Assembly: GCA_051453625.1 (NCBI GenBank)
Contig: JBOZIK010000001.1
Span: forward strand, 19,061,681 to 19,125,680
From: Welwitschia mirabilis
Lineage: Eukaryota
Direction: 5' to 3'
Length of the DNA stretch: 64,000 nt
Below the pieces are notes generated by a model. The model was not told the DNA's origin and made no database searches. It saw only the letters and a program-made list of their open reading frames with translations. A program made the position numbers and the translations under genes. This document shows, in pieces, positions 63,448 through 64,000 of this stretch. The first letter of the stretch is position 1, and each line of letters starts with the position of its first letter.

Positions 63448-64000
63448 ATGTAGAAGTTACACAAACTAGTCAAACAAGCAGAACTGTGGTATGATATAGA
63501 ATCACAAGAAATCTATTTTCCTGATCGAAAAAGGTCAAATCTATATAAGGTAGATGATATAAAGAACATATGATGCAACATATCAAGCAATATAAGGTTC
63601 ATATGGATGTGTTAGGAGAAGGATTAAGACCTATTTTTCTTCCATTCTTCTCTAAAGATGATGTAAGACATTAGAAAGAGAAAAAAATATCATTCATTGC
63701 ACTTAGGAGAAATAAATATCATAGTACACCCAAAGTTTAACTATGATATTGGTGCGGAATACATGGTAGCATTGTTATATGTTCATCATTATGAATGGAA
63801 TAGAGCTTGGATAGGTCAATTTAAGGGATGCTTAGATAAAGACATTGTTTGCTACATACAACCAAACTTTCAGCTATCCTTATCAGATCCACACATAGCA
63901 AATGCTCTGGTTTCCTGTGTAGAAATCAAAGGAATACAGATGTTACCTTAATTTGTATACTGCTCAATTAGTTTACGATGCATTTTTTTATCTAACTTCC
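63448..64000 (+). pseudogene. Endogenous caulimovirid (plant pararetrovirus) 30K-family movement protein, decayed, runs off the window end
   Basis: ...IYFPDRKRSNLYK...RPIFLPFFSKDD..KKYHSLHLGEINIIVHPKFNYDIGAEYMVALL...IGQFKGCL....YIQPNFQLSLSDPHIANALVSCVEIKGIQMLP*..SISLR matches the caulimovirid MP pattern (xHxGxxxI.....L.D.....G.....PxxxxSLxD); stops and frameshifts present. Confidence 0.85.

Overview
AT-rich, gap-containing eukaryotic (land-plant) nuclear DNA. Most of it is old, heavily C-to-T/G-to-A decayed transposable elements, often nested. There is one clearly intact host gene: a chloroplast-type DUF760 / UV-B-induced At3g17800-like gene (3 coding exons, 14667-17307, +) with a CpG-rich, ACGT-box promoter. 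TE content: (1) an L1-type LINE (-) split by a composite insertion bounded by TRIM LTRs (TSD TCTAC) that encloses a circularly permuted Tork/Tnt1-like copia; (2) a non-autonomous hAT element; (3) a chromovirus-type Ty3/gypsy, preceded by a ~51-bp tandem array and interrupted inside RT by a pol-less Athila-like element (TSD ATCTA); (4) a solo LTR and a further Athila-like LTR; (5) two SIRE-like copia relics fused head-to-head. The last ~800 bp are an endogenous caulimovirid fragment: a decayed 30K movement protein preceded by tightly packed small ORFs, including an intact 29-aa transmembrane ORF. Family assignments come from motif recognition by eye, not database searches, and the species cannot be determined. 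ORFs made of X come from assembly gaps.
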